This document shows, piece by piece, positions 52,601 through 62,199 of a stretch of DNA of 64,000 bases. The stretch's first letter is position 1. Every line of letters starts with the position of its first letter. A model generated the notes under the pieces. It saw only the letters and a list, made by a program, of their open reading frames with translations. It searched no databases and was not told where the DNA came from. The position numbers were made by a program, and so were the translations under genes. This DNA comes from Candidatus Krumholzibacteriales bacterium (GTDB lineage: Bacteria; Krumholzibacteriota; Krumholzibacteriia; Krumholzibacteriales; WJIX01): NCBI GenBank assembly GCA_046483305.1, contig JAWODM010000014.1, positions 32,001-96,000 of the forward strand, written 5' to 3'.

Positions 52601-55600
52601 CCTGGACGTAGGCCGCCCGCATGTACTGTTCTATCCAGGGCCTGGTCGAGGAGTAGAATCCCAGATCGCGTCCCAGCAGGAACAGCTTCTTCTTGGCTTC
52701 GCTGGTTCCGCTCTCCAGGAAGGCCGCCAGATCGTTCTGCTCGGTGGTGGTGAGACTGCCCGTTTCGTCGAGTACGATCACCTTGTAAAGACCAAGCTGT
52801 TCCGGAGTTAGCCATCCCTGATCGTAGTGGTTCCAGTAATCGGCCTGGTGGCCGTTGGCTTGGAGCGCCTCGCGGAACATCTCGAGAGGCGTTCCGTAGT
52901 TTGTCCCGATCATAACCAGCACGTCCGCCGAAGGCAGTATGGCGAATTCGTGCGTATCATCGGGCGCGCCGGCGGGATCGAAGCTTACGTTCTCCTCCGA
53001 GGAGGTATCCACCGCCTTGATATAGAATTTGACCTTGGTCCCGTTCGCCTGGCCGGGTATGTCGCCGGACCATTCGTCTCCGGAAACCAGAGTCATGGGG
53101 ATTTCCATGAAAGAGGCTCCATCGTCCACCGAGTAGAAGATGGATACACCCGCCACGTCCGAAAGCGGATCCATAACGTGAGTTGCCACGGTGTACGGCC
53201 CGGTATTGTCGAAGGTGCTGGGAGGCACTTCCGTACCGCTTATGACCGGCGGAAAATTATCCGCCGACGAACTTCTGACCATCACGTCGTCGATGTACCA
53301 GCCAGGTTTGTAAACGCTTCCGTCGCTTCCGAAGTGGAAGCGGAATATCACCTCTGATCCGGCGTATGAGGAGACGTCGAACAGCTCCTTCTGCCAGAAC
53401 TGGTTGTCATACCCGGTAAAGCAGTCCTCTCCGGGTATACCGGCGTTTCCGCTTCGCGCGGTTCCGTCATACCCTCCCATGGGGGTGAGTACCGTCCAGG
53501 TCTCTCCTCCGTCGGTGGAGACCTTGACGTTACCGCCGTCGTAATTTGTTTCAATGGAGTACCAGTGCCAGAACGACAGCATGGCGTAAGGCTGGCTGGC
53601 ATCCAATGTAATCGGGATAACATCCAGAGTGGCGTTGGACGAATTTGGATAATTGTCTTCCAGGCCGGTAGCCCAGACGTTCTCTCCCGAATTCGCTCCG
53701 CCTGGTCCGGTGGTGGGGGGACCCCATTCCCAGACATCGCCGCTCTGGACGAATCCGCCGTCGTCGGGCTCGAAATCCCACAGGAAGTACTCCACTATCT
53801 CGAAGCTGTAGGTCCCGTTTTCGGGAACTCGTGCGACGTTGCCGTGATACGATTCATCCATAGCCAGGATGTAGTAATCATAAATGTCCCCGACCTCGGA
53901 AGGCCCTGGGATCGCTCCCTGGTATGATCCGTCTCCCATCAGAGTCATCGACTGCCTGTGGAACATGCCTCCGTTCTTCGAGTACATCAGAAAGACCGAT
54001 TCGACTCCCAGGTTGTCCTCGATAAGGGCTTCCACATAGTAAGGCCCTTTAAGGTTATTGGTGTCGTAATGCCTCTGGTGAGTAACGGCTGGAGCTTCTT
54101 CGTCCCAACCTACGGTGAAGGTATGGACGTTCACTGGAGCTCCGATCGGATCGGTTGTGGTATGCCCTTCAACGTCCGAAGCGGTCAGGTAATAGGCCAC
54201 TTCCGTGCCCAGGGGCTGGGCCGGAATGCTGGCCGAATATTCATCTGGAACTCCGGTTGGTTCCAGTGGCACCGTAACCGGTCCCGCCCCGGCGTCGTAG
54301 ATCAGGGCGAAGGTTGAGGGATCCAGATCAAAGTAGCTGGATGTTATGTACGCCGTGACCGGATACGGGTCGGTGGTGTTCTCGGTGCTGCTGAGCGGAG
54401 TATGGGCGATATCCGGGTATCCCAGAAGCCAGTCCAGTATCCTTCCCATCATTCCGTGACGGTCGGCCTCATTGTCTATCGCTTCGAATCCGAAGGCGAA
54501 ATAGACCAGCTTGTAGGTCCCGTTATCCACAGACAGGGCCGCCGTTCCGGAGCTACTGATGGAACCGGCTCCGACATCGCCTTTGGACATGTCGTGAGCG
54601 GAGACCGCTCCACTGGGAACCGCCTCATCATAGAAGAGAGCCGATATCGCCGGATAGACGGGATCTATCTCGGAAGGATAGCCCTGGTTATTGGCTCCGT
54701 CGCCTCCCTCTATGCCGAAGGAGAATCCGGCGCCGACCGGGCTGCCTTCTGATCCGGCTACCCCGCCAAGCCCTACGTCGTCCTGCACGTATTCGGCGTG
54801 GAGGTAATTAGAGTAAAAGTCCTCATCCTTGATATCGTATCCGATATCCTGGCCTGATATGAAGAGCCGTCCTCCCCCATCCAGATACGCCGCGATATTG
54901 GACTGATCATCGGCTGAAAGCGTAGTGGTGTAATCGTTTCCTGTCAGCCAGACCACCGATTCGAACATCGACATCTCGGCGGCGCCGGGCGGAGTCGATA
55001 CTGTCAGGTAAGACCTTCCAGCCGCCGTGATGGCGTCCTCGTACCAGGTCTGGAACGAACCGCCTCCGTCGTCATCGACCAGGAGGACCTGGGCCGCTCC
55101 AAGCTGGATGTCCTGAGTGGTGATCATGCCTTCCAGGACTTCCACTCCGGTAACTGTAGTGGCCGGATAGGGGAAAACGGGCGAATAGACCAGGTCGTAG
55201 GTGCCCACCGGCAGCGTTATGCTGTATTCGCCTGTTACCGGGTCGGTGCTGCTCCAAACTACCGCTTCTCCCGCCAGCCTGACGGAAATATCCGCTTCTA
55301 TTCCTCCTCCTGAATTCTCGTCGGTTACGTACCCGGCGATAGTGCCGGAAGGAAGCTGATTCAGCGTAACATCAAAGGTCGTCGTCTCGTCGGCCGTTAT
55401 TGTGACAATATCCGTCCCCGTCTCGTATCCGAACCTTGAGATCTCTATCGGATGGCTTCCGGCGACTGCCTGCATACTGAATGTTCCGTCCGGACCGGAG
55501 TATACTTTCTGTCCGGTGTCGGTCAGTATTATCATCGCGTTCTCGACGGTTCCTCCCACCGAACTGTATATGGTCCCCTCCAGGGTTCCCACGCCGGAGA

Positions 55601-57044
55601 GCGCCGCGGTCACAGCGGCGTAGGCATTGACCCGCCCCCAGCCGTAGGTGTTATCCATTCCTGGATCGCCCAGTTCCAGGGCGGTCTGAGCGACCAGCTG
55701 CTTGGCAATCTCGACATCGATGGTGGGATTCGCCTGATACATCAGGGCGGCTGTTCCCGCCATATGGGGAGCCGCCATGGAGGTTCCGCTCCATTCGAAT
55801 CCCGCTCCGTACCACTGCCAGTCGCCGCCCGGAACGGAGGAATAGATCTTGACTCCGGGAGCGGAGATATCCGGCTTGGTGTACGTTCCGACATACGGCG
55901 GATCGTTCCATGTTACCGGCCCGCGGCTGGAGAAACTCGCGATCACGTCAGAGCTATCCGTCGCTCCGACTCCGAAAGCGCTGGGAACGTTACCCGGACT
56001 GCCCGTGGTGGCGGACCCCGGCCCCGCGTTACCTATCGATATCGCGGGAAACACGTTGGCAGCTATCATGTTATCAACAGGCGTAATCATAGCCGAATGG
56101 GTCCCGGTCGCGCCCAGCGACATATTCACGATATCGCATCCGTCATCTGTGGCGGGGTCGCCGTCGGGATCGATGATCCATTCCATCCCGCCGATGACCT
56201 GGGCGAACGTTCCGCTTCCGCCGGGGAGGACCAGGGCGTGCATCAGCTGAGCGCCCGGAGCCACGCCGATATCATACCCGCTGGCGTTGCCGCCTATCAT
56301 GGTTCCCGAGGTATGAGTGCCGTGTTCGTCGGAATCGTGAGGCACCGAACCCGGGACTATATTTCCGTCCGAGTCGAACTCCGCCCATCCTCCCGGATAG
56401 GTTGGATCCGACGGATTACTGGTCACCATCTTCCCTGAAAGATCGGGATGGCTTATGTCCACTCCGGTGTCGATTCCTCCGATAACAACTCCGGTTCCGT
56501 TCAGTCCGTAACTCGACCAGACCTGTTTTGCTCCGATCTTATCAATCGAGTCCCAGAGCTGGTTCTGGCTCTGTTGCAGAAGAGGCCTGCTGCTTTCCTC
56601 TTGCGGGGGAAGCGTGACTGTGAAGTTCTCGAACACTTCCAGCACGTCGGGCCTTTCGGCGAGCTGTGTGATTACCTCTGGTTTGGCCCGGACCAGCACC
56701 AGGTTATCCAGCCAGAACTGTCTTATCTTCTTTACTTTGGGGGATACCCCGGTTGACTTGAGAAACCTGACAAGTTGCGCCTGGCTTCTGCGCTTGGTAT
56801 CCCTCAGCTTGTTCATCACTGCCGGCCCGTTGCCTCTGATCAGCTGGATGTCGGCAGTTTCCTTCATCTTTACTATTGCGGTTACTTCACCTGTAGCTCC
56901 GGCCGCCTCTATCTGCGTCCTGAGCTTCGGGCTGATCCTGACCTTTTTGCCTTCCTCGGCGTCCGCCGAATTCAAGGAAGGGAGCACCAGGAGCAGGACC
57001 AGAAAAAGCGCCGCACAGCTGAAACGTCTTATACTTGAAAACAT
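49680..57044 (-). CDS. Giant S8 subtilase (2454 aa) with repeated accessory modules and T9SS/FlgD-type CTD
   Basis: Signal plus propeptide; catalytic IDTG, EHGTHTSGT, GTSMAAPH; CTD QNYPNPFNP..IYDVKGRLV..ATGIYF..KKMVLLR. Confidence 0.93.
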   Translation of the reverse strand: MFSSIRRFSCAALFLVLLLVLPSLNSADAEEGKKVRISPKLRTQIEAAGATGEVTAIVKMKETADIQLIRGNGPAVMNKLRDTKRRSQAQLVRFLKSTGVSPKVKKIRQFWLDNLVLVRAKPEVITQLAERPDVLEVFENFTVTLPPQEESSRPLLQQSQNQLWDSIDKIGAKQVWSSYGLNGTGVVIGGIDTGVDISHPDLSGKMVTSNPSDPTYPGGWAEFDSDGNIVPGSVPHDSDEHGTHTSGTMIGGNASGYDIGVAPGAQLMHALVLPGGSGTFAQVIGGMEWIIDPDGDPATDDGCDIVNMSLGATGTHSAMITPVDNMIAANVFPAISIGNAGPGSATTGSPGNVPSAFGVGATDSSDVIASFSSRGPVTWNDPPYVGTYTKPDISAPGVKIYSSVPGGDWQWYGAGFEWSGTSMAAPHMAGTAALMYQANPTIDVEIAKQLVAQTALELGDPGMDNTYGWGRVNAYAAVTAALSGVGTLEGTIYSSVGGTVENAMIILTDTGQKVYSGPDGTFSMQAVAGSHPIEISRFGYETGTDIVTITADETTTFDVTLNQLPSGTIAGYVTDENSGGGIEADISVRLAGEAVVWSSTDPVTGEYSITLPVGTYDLVYSPVFPYPATTVTGVEVLEGMITTQDIQLGAAQVLLVDDDGGGSFQTWYEDAITAAGRSYLTVSTPPGAAEMSMFESVVWLTGNDYTTTLSADDQSNIAAYLDGGGRLFISGQDIGYDIKDEDFYSNYLHAEYVQDDVGLGGVAGSEGSPVGAGFSFGIEGGDGANNQGYPSEIDPVYPAISALFYDEAVPSGAVSAHDMSKGDVGAGSISSSGTAALSVDNGTYKLVYFAFGFEAIDNEADRHGMMGRILDWLLGYPDIAHTPLSSTENTTDPYPVTAYITSSYFDLDPSTFALIYDAGAGPVTVPLEPTGVPDEYSASIPAQPLGTEVAYYLTASDVEGHTTTDPIGAPVNVHTFTVGWDEEAPAVTHQRHYDTNNLKGPYYVEALIEDNLGVESVFLMYSKNGGMFHRQSMTLMGDGSYQGAIPGPSEVGDIYDYYILAMDESYHGNVARVPENGTYSFEIVEYFLWDFEPDDGGFVQSGDVWEWGPPTTGPGGANSGENVWATGLEDNYPNSSNATLDVIPITLDASQPYAMLSFWHWYSIETNYDGGNVKVSTDGGETWTVLTPMGGYDGTARSGNAGIPGEDCFTGYDNQFWQKELFDVSSYAGSEVIFRFHFGSDGSVYKPGWYIDDVMVRSSSADNFPPVISGTEVPPSTFDNTGPYTVATHVMDPLSDVAGVSIFYSVDDGASFMEIPMTLVSGDEWSGDIPGQANGTKVKFYIKAVDTSSEENVSFDPAGAPDDTHEFAILPSADVLVMIGTNYGTPLEMFREALQANGHQADYWNHYDQGWLTPEQLGLYKVIVLDETGSLTTTEQNDLAAFLESGTSEAKKKLFLLGRDLGFYSSTRPWIEQYMRAAYVQDNPGYRELTGAPGEPIGANETFVISGSYPDETQRSEAYPGGVLVYQYTGEGTYLDREEIAGTYQKAGKEWDGVMPHDPQSIDAAAGIKYNGDKYRSVYFTFNFNYIQEPWRRAGIIDRTLKWFAAPEILHEPLHDTEDTLSTYTVAANVYSEYLDPNRINLIYDAGAGPVSLQMNPTANPDEYSADIPPQSYGTTVHYYISATNTDGNTSFHPSGAPDVQHSFEVTADITPPEIVHYPLPNTPDETGPYTVEATVTDNVGVDPAGVFLTYNKNGGANTTITMTNAGGDLYTGDIPGPAALGDVFNYYIRARDAAAVPNTAREPESGYHSFEIVDYYTWDFEATDGRFSSTGDWEWGEPTTGPDGANSGVNLWATQVGGTYSSSSNSKLETPEVIVPAGSSYAMLTFWQWYYIETNYDGGNIKISTDGGSTWSILTPDIGYNGTAKSYNAGIPNEPCFTGYNNDNWHQVTCDLTPYKGQEVIIRFHFGSDSWVNKVGWYIDDVSIMGAEDTEGPNFVSTTVPSSTFDTTGPYTVTTEVIDALGEVSSVQLHYSINEGGTWNAVAMSPTGNPDEYSGDIPGQASGTRIRLYLEAEDDGANTSFDPAGAPASYYEFGIMPSGDILVLLGGAGHTAPEVFQQAFTAAGRTADIWDWDELGVPATAILHSYDAVIVDESWYLSTTQMDTLGAFLSASDGESQKIWFLGRDLSYGSTARSWMEQYTGTAYVKDDPGWRQISSTPGDPIGAGETFTIQGSYPDEVKLSTTYSGGQVIYKWSGTGSSLDMFESREEMSAFYSKEGKEWDSKLWPMTPSGPDSAAAVRYIGPNHVSVYFTFNFTYIQEETRRAEILDRALDWMATASGTITMDADGREAVGDSDNVIPEKFTLWQNYPNPFNPVTTIRFGLPAGDQRQVSLKIYDVKGRLVKKVFKGMKEPGIHEFQWKGTNDNGSAVATGIYFARFVTEDVKITKKMVLLR

Positions 57045-57099
57045 TTTCTTTCCTTTCTGTGCTGAGCGCCGGCCTCGCTACCGCGCGCCGGCTGCTTTC

Positions 57100-57870
57100 T
57101 TAGCTCTTTTTCGTCTTGACGTCCTTGGTCTTTTTCAGGATCTCGAAGTAATTTATCTCAAAATCTTCGTACTCTCCGTAGATGCACTCTCCATCCGGGC
57201 TCGTGTCGGGGTCGTCGTAAGACAACACTCCCCGCGCCCAGACCTTGGTCTCTAGCCGTTCGTTGCCTTCGGACATTCCATAAAGCAGAGCGGCATCGGG
57301 AACCAGGAACATGGTCATATAACTGATTTTCAATACAGCTTCATCCGTCGGGAAATAATCCTGCAGATTGATGGACTCGCAGATCATCTTCTCGTTCTGC
57401 CCCCAACTATTGTCCTGGTTCCAGTCCACCCAGAGTGAGACAGTAAGGTCCTTTTCGAATTCGCTGGCTAGCCGGCTGCTGGCATTGGGTATGTTAATAT
57501 CCCACCATACCAGAGCCCATTTATTGGGAAGCCAGAGATTGGCGTTCACGAACCAGATTCCGTCGCAGTCATCCGCGGATGCCCCCAGCTGTTCAATTCC
57601 CTTTTCCTTCATGTCGATCGTGGGATATGGATCAGGAGCGGGACCGGGAGTGATCCCGGGGGGCAGGATCTCATCTTCTGATACAGTCTGGATCTCGCCG
57701 GACTGCAGAAACGTCTGCAGATCAATTACATTTGAAGGCAAGTTCTCCTGGATCAGATAGATGGATTTTCCTGCCGGTTCCTCCAGGGCCATTTCCTGGG
57801 TGTGGAGGATGGAAAAGGAAAGAAGCAGACAGAGGAGGCACATGAACAGTAAGCTCAGTTTGTTGCGCAT
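57100..57870 (-). CDS. Secreted GEVED-domain-like protein
   Basis: Signal peptide; LWVDWNQDNSW..NE; GEYEDF. Confidence 0.7.
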   Translation of the reverse strand: MRNKLSLLFMCLLCLLLSFSILHTQEMALEEPAGKSIYLIQENLPSNVIDLQTFLQSGEIQTVSEDEILPPGITPGPAPDPYPTIDMKEKGIEQLGASADDCDGIWFVNANLWLPNKWALVWWDINIPNASSRLASEFEKDLTVSLWVDWNQDNSWGQNEKMICESINLQDYFPTDEAVLKISYMTMFLVPDAALLYGMSEGNERLETKVWARGVLSYDDPDTSPDGECIYGEYEDFEINYFEILKKTKDVKTKKS

Positions 57871-58206
57871 CCTGTCACCCTCTTTCTACCGGGTCTCTTT
57901 CGAGACCGGTGATTTTGTTTCGAAAGTTCTACTTTCAGCCGTCTCTTTCTTCACCTCCTTTCACGGTGGGGATACTACGGCCGGGAGACATCGCCGCACA
58001 TGTAATATCTCTGTTACTGCCGATTTAGTTTCAGGTTTTTTGGCGAAACGATTCTGTAAGGATTCAATTAATCACAGCATGCAGCACAGTGTTAATGTCC
58101 CTTGATGCGGATTGTCAGATGTTTGTTTCCTGATGAGAGATAACAGAGCTAGTACTCGGCGCAGTCCCTGGTGCACTTTTCGCTTTCCCTGATTATACGG
58201 GAACCG

Positions 58207-58235
58207 ATTGTAAAGTAGAATTTAGTAAATGTCAA
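58207..58235 (-). promoter_or_regulatory. Near-consensus sigma70 promoter for the GEVED/subtilase unit
   Basis: TTGACA-17-TACAAT on the minus strand. Confidence 0.7.
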
Positions 58236-58435
58236 CTGGATTAATTACAAGAAATTTGATTTCCTGAACAGCATGTATTCATTAACGGGAATAATAATTG
58301 TCATTAGCACTGCCGGGTCCGGCAATCCCCGGTTTTCACTGCAAGGATGGTGAAATGTATAAAGAAGATAACGTAAACGTTATATCGAGCCTGTTCAATT
58401 GCTTGAATCATGTCTTGATCCCCTGCCCTGCCACC

Positions 58436-58464
58436 TTGACTCCGCCCGTTTACGGGATTATAAT
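58436..58464 (+). promoter_or_regulatory. Near-consensus sigma70 promoter for thiC
   Basis: TTGACT-17-TATAAT. Confidence 0.7.
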
Positions 58465-58494
58465 TATATGTTATGACAATTGGAAGGAGAGGAA

Positions 58495-59808
58495 TTGACT
58501 GAATTTCAGAAAGCGATAAATGGCGAGATAACTCCCGCTCTCAAAGAGGTAGCCGGGACTGAATCTGTGGAAGAGGAAAAGCTCCGCAGACTGGTCGCGG
58601 AAGGCAGGGTAGTGATCCTGGGGATGCTGCGGAAGCACTGCCGGATGATAGGTATCGGGGAGGGCCTTACCACCAAGGTTAATACCAATATAGGGACCAG
58701 CCCCGATCACGACGACCTTGAGATCGAGCTTGAAAAGCTCCAGGTTTCGCTGAAGATGGGCACCGACGCGGTGATGGACCTTTCCACCGGCGGTGATATC
58801 GACCGGATCAGGCGGACCGTGCTGGATCAGTGCACCGTGCCGGTAGGGACAGTTCCGGTGTACCAGGCCGCCGTGGAGGCCTCAGGGCGGGGAGAGTCCA
58901 TAACTGAATGCAGTGTCGACAATTTTCTTGATGTAGTAAGGCGTCATGCCGAGGACCGTGTGGATTTTCTGACCATACACTGCGGGCTGGTCTCCAGGCT
59001 GGCCAGAGAAGTGGCCAGGACCAGGGTGGCCGGGGTGGTCAGCCGGGGAGGATCTCTTCTTATGCAGTGGATGGCCAGGAACAACAGGGAAAATCCGTAT
59101 TACGAATATTATGACTCTCTGCTGGATATCTGCGAAGAGCATGATGTGGCAATCAGCCTGGGCGACGGGCTGAGGCCCGGCTGCCTGGCAGATGCCAGCG
59201 ACAGGCCGCAGATAGGCGAACTGATGATGATAGGCGAACTGGTTGAGAGAGCCAGGGAACGGGGGGTGGCTGTATTCGTGGAAGGGCCCGGCCATGTACC
59301 CATGAACCAGATACAGGCCAACGTGCAGATCCAGAAAGCTGCCTGCGGCAATGCCCCCTTCTACGTGCTGGGGCCTATAGTTACAGATGTGGCTCCCGGC
59401 TACGATCACATAACATCCGCTGTCGGAGGGGCGATCGCCGCCTGGCACGGCGCCGATTTCCTCTGTTACGTTACACCCGCCGAGCATCTTCGCCTGCCCT
59501 CGGTTAACGATGTCCGTATCGGGGTGATCGCGGCCAGAATTGCCGCTCATGCCGGGGATGTCGCCGCCGGCCTTCCGGGAGCGGAAGAATGGGACCGGGA
59601 GGTATCCGGAAAGAGAGCGGAGCTCGACTGGAAGGGATCGCTGGAGAAGAGCATGGATCCTGAAAGGGCGGAGGAGCTTTACGACAGATCGCCCGGCGGG
59701 GAAGAGGAGCTGTGCACCATGTGCGGGGAGTTCTGCGCGATACGTGGCACCAGAAAGAGCAGGGAAGACTACCGGAAGGCCCGGGAAGCTGCGACGGAAA
59801 ATAAATGA
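58495..59808 (+). CDS. thiC: ThiC-family radical SAM enzyme (HMP-P synthase; Bza-type paralog not excluded)
   Basis: TKVNTNIGTS, MDLSTGG, VSRGGS, SLGDGLRPG, EGPGHVP, PGYDHI, CYVTPAEHL, CTMCGEFC; TTG start after AGGAGAGG. Confidence 0.88.
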   Translation: MTEFQKAINGEITPALKEVAGTESVEEEKLRRLVAEGRVVILGMLRKHCRMIGIGEGLTTKVNTNIGTSPDHDDLEIELEKLQVSLKMGTDAVMDLSTGGDIDRIRRTVLDQCTVPVGTVPVYQAAVEASGRGESITECSVDNFLDVVRRHAEDRVDFLTIHCGLVSRLAREVARTRVAGVVSRGGSLLMQWMARNNRENPYYEYYDSLLDICEEHDVAISLGDGLRPGCLADASDRPQIGELMMIGELVERARERGVAVFVEGPGHVPMNQIQANVQIQKAACGNAPFYVLGPIVTDVAPGYDHITSAVGGAIAAWHGADFLCYVTPAEHLRLPSVNDVRIGVIAARIAAHAGDVAAGLPGAEEWDREVSGKRAELDWKGSLEKSMDPERAEELYDRSPGGEEELCTMCGEFCAIRGTRKSREDYRKAREAATENK

Positions 59809-59871
59809 ACGGCTGACCGGCTGAACTGATGTTTGAAAATTATTCCAGTTGATATACAGGGGGCGGTGTGA

Positions 59872-62199
59872 ATGGCAGAGAGAAGCGGTATTGCCGGCAG
59901 CGGTATATCTACCAGATTTGAAGCCTTTATTCCTTTTCTTGAAGGGGCCGGTTCTGACCCGGATAATCCGGAAAGCTTCATTCTGAGCAGGCTGGCGGAG
60001 AGCCCAGTGCCGCCGGCCATGCTGCTCACTCTCGCGGCAAGGGCGGGGTTTGAGGGGATCCCGGTTCTCAAACAGGCCGCTCTGGCCGCCGGCGACAACA
60101 GCCTGTTCGGGCCCCCTGAAAACAGAGAGCCCAATAGCTGTCAGGGCCCTTCGGATCTCTCCGGATCCACCGGACAGCACACCCTGGAATCGGTCTTCGA
60201 GACCCTGTTTGAGAGGCTGGGAGAGAGAAGGGATCAGCAGATCAGGATGGCCCGGTCGGTAATGGATACCCTCCGGGAGGAAAAGATCACCCTGATAGAA
60301 GCTGGTACCGGGACCGGAAAATCTCTGGCTTACCTGGTTCCGTCTGCGATATTCGCCATGGAGGCCGGAGAGAGAATAGTAGTGTCCACCCATACCAGGA
60401 ACCTCCAGAACCAGCTGTATGAGCGTGAGATAGAACTGGTGCGGGATGCCCTGGCCCCCGGTATCAGGGCTGCCCGGCTGGTGGGAAGAGAAAACTATAT
60501 CTGTGCCAAGAGATTGATTTCGGAGGTCAGCCGGCTGGGGGGCTCCGACCCTCCGGAAGCTCTCCGCCTGGCGCTAAGCGCCGCTTTCGCCTCGGGGGGT
60601 ACCGTGGATGAAGCGCCGGCGGAATGCCGGGGGAGTATATCCGCGCCTTCAAGGTGCAGGATGAACCGCTGCGGTTATTCGGAGAACTGCCCCCTGCTGA
60701 AGGCCAGAAAGAAAGCTTCCGAAGCTGATATATTATTCGTCAACCATGCCCTTGCCCTGGCCGACTACAGCGGCGGAGGCAGGGTTCTGGGAGGGTATCA
60801 TTCCATTATCTTCGACGAGGCTCACCACCTGGAGAGGTCTGTAATGGAAAACCTTTCGGTATCGGTCTCTCCGGGCGATGTCAGTTCCGTTCTGGAGTGG
60901 ATCAGGCCGATTGACCCGGAAGAGGAAAGGTGGAAGTTCCTGGTCAACGAACTCGAAGCCGCCTCCCCCGGCGGGGAATGGAAAGAGGTGGTCAAACGGG
61001 CCTCGTCGCTGGCTGCGGGGACAGAGCGTCAGTGGAGGAGTATCTTCAGGGATTTGAACTCCGAACTCAACAGTTCGGGAGGACTCAGCTCCGTGAAGAA
61101 GAGATATTACGACGGGGATGAAACATTCGGCGACGTCAGAGGCCCTATAGATAGTTACTTAAGCTACAATAAGCAGTTATGCGATTCACTCAATATGCTT
61201 ACTAAGGTGGAGGCAGAGTCAGGTATCCGCTCGTTTCAGCAGGAGATAGAGATAGCGGGGAGTCAACTGGCCGAGATTTCCGAGGCGGCCGGTTACCTTA
61301 CCGGCGTGCTGGATGATGAGGTGGTATACTGGATCGAGTGGAACAGCAGAGGCAGGATCGCGGCTATCTGCGGGTCCCCCCTCAGGGTGGACAGGCGGTT
61401 CGCCGACTTTCTCACGGACAGCTGCAGGTCGGCGGTTCTTACTTCGGCCACCATCTCGCAGAACGGCTCCTTTGATTATATCAGCGGATGCCTGGGCACC
61501 GGGCTCACCGGCAGGGAAGTAAACGGATATATAGAGCCCTCAACCCTGGTAAACGACCGGAATTGCAGGATAATTCTCAGGTCTGACCTTCAGAACCCCA
61601 ACCTGGACAGTTTCTCGGAGCGGGTGGCGGAGCTGATCCGGGAGCTTTCCCGTAATCAGGGAAGAAGGATTCTGGCGCTGTTCACCTCGTACAGAATGTG
61701 CAACCTGACCGCTGAACAGCTTAAAGGCGGCAAGCTTGCCGGCCCCCTGCTGGTTCAGGGAGAAGGGCTCAGCAGGGATCTTCTCTCCGAGCGGTTCAGG
61801 AGCAGCAGTGGCGCCGTGCTGCTCGGTGTAGCCAGTTTCTGGGAAGGCGTTGATTTCCCGGGAACCCAGCTGGAGATACTGATCATTCCCAAGATACCGT
61901 TCCCGGTTCCCACTGACCCGATGGTTGAGGCGCGCACGGATATGATCAGAAGAACGGGGGGAAATCCCTTTACCGGGCTGTTCCTGCCGGAGGCGATTCT
62001 CAGGCTCAGGCAGGGGATCGGCCGCCTGATCAGGGGGGCGGCCGACCGCGGAGTAGTAGTGATAATGGATTCGAGGATTCAGGTCAAATCTTACGGCAGG
62101 CAGATAATTGATTCCCTCCCAACCGAGCCCCTGCTGGTATTTTCAGGAGAGGAGGTAGTCTCGGAGTCGGAAGCCTTTTTTGATAAGGGAGGATCATAA
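59872..62199 (+). CDS. DinG/YoaA-family SF2 helicase
   Basis: EAGTGTGKSLAY, STHTRNLQNQL, FDEAHHL, TSAT, SFWEGVD, QGIGRLIR; Cys cluster. Confidence 0.9.
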   Translation: MAERSGIAGSGISTRFEAFIPFLEGAGSDPDNPESFILSRLAESPVPPAMLLTLAARAGFEGIPVLKQAALAAGDNSLFGPPENREPNSCQGPSDLSGSTGQHTLESVFETLFERLGERRDQQIRMARSVMDTLREEKITLIEAGTGTGKSLAYLVPSAIFAMEAGERIVVSTHTRNLQNQLYEREIELVRDALAPGIRAARLVGRENYICAKRLISEVSRLGGSDPPEALRLALSAAFASGGTVDEAPAECRGSISAPSRCRMNRCGYSENCPLLKARKKASEADILFVNHALALADYSGGGRVLGGYHSIIFDEAHHLERSVMENLSVSVSPGDVSSVLEWIRPIDPEEERWKFLVNELEAASPGGEWKEVVKRASSLAAGTERQWRSIFRDLNSELNSSGGLSSVKKRYYDGDETFGDVRGPIDSYLSYNKQLCDSLNMLTKVEAESGIRSFQQEIEIAGSQLAEISEAAGYLTGVLDDEVVYWIEWNSRGRIAAICGSPLRVDRRFADFLTDSCRSAVLTSATISQNGSFDYISGCLGTGLTGREVNGYIEPSTLVNDRNCRIILRSDLQNPNLDSFSERVAELIRELSRNQGRRILALFTSYRMCNLTAEQLKGGKLAGPLLVQGEGLSRDLLSERFRSSSGAVLLGVASFWEGVDFPGTQLEILIIPKIPFPVPTDPMVEARTDMIRRTGGNPFTGLFLPEAILRLRQGIGRLIRGAADRGVVVIMDSRIQVKSYGRQIIDSLPTEPLLVFSGEEVVSESEAFFDKGGS

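Noticed and set aside
57889..57908. c-di-GMP-I riboswitch suggested by a GAAA-tetraloop hairpin
   Set aside because: Flanking GGCAAA/GACGCAAA core and the second stem are absent
58130..58170. Hammerhead ribozyme core (CTGATGA)
   Set aside because: No stem II followed by GAAA, and no closing stems found
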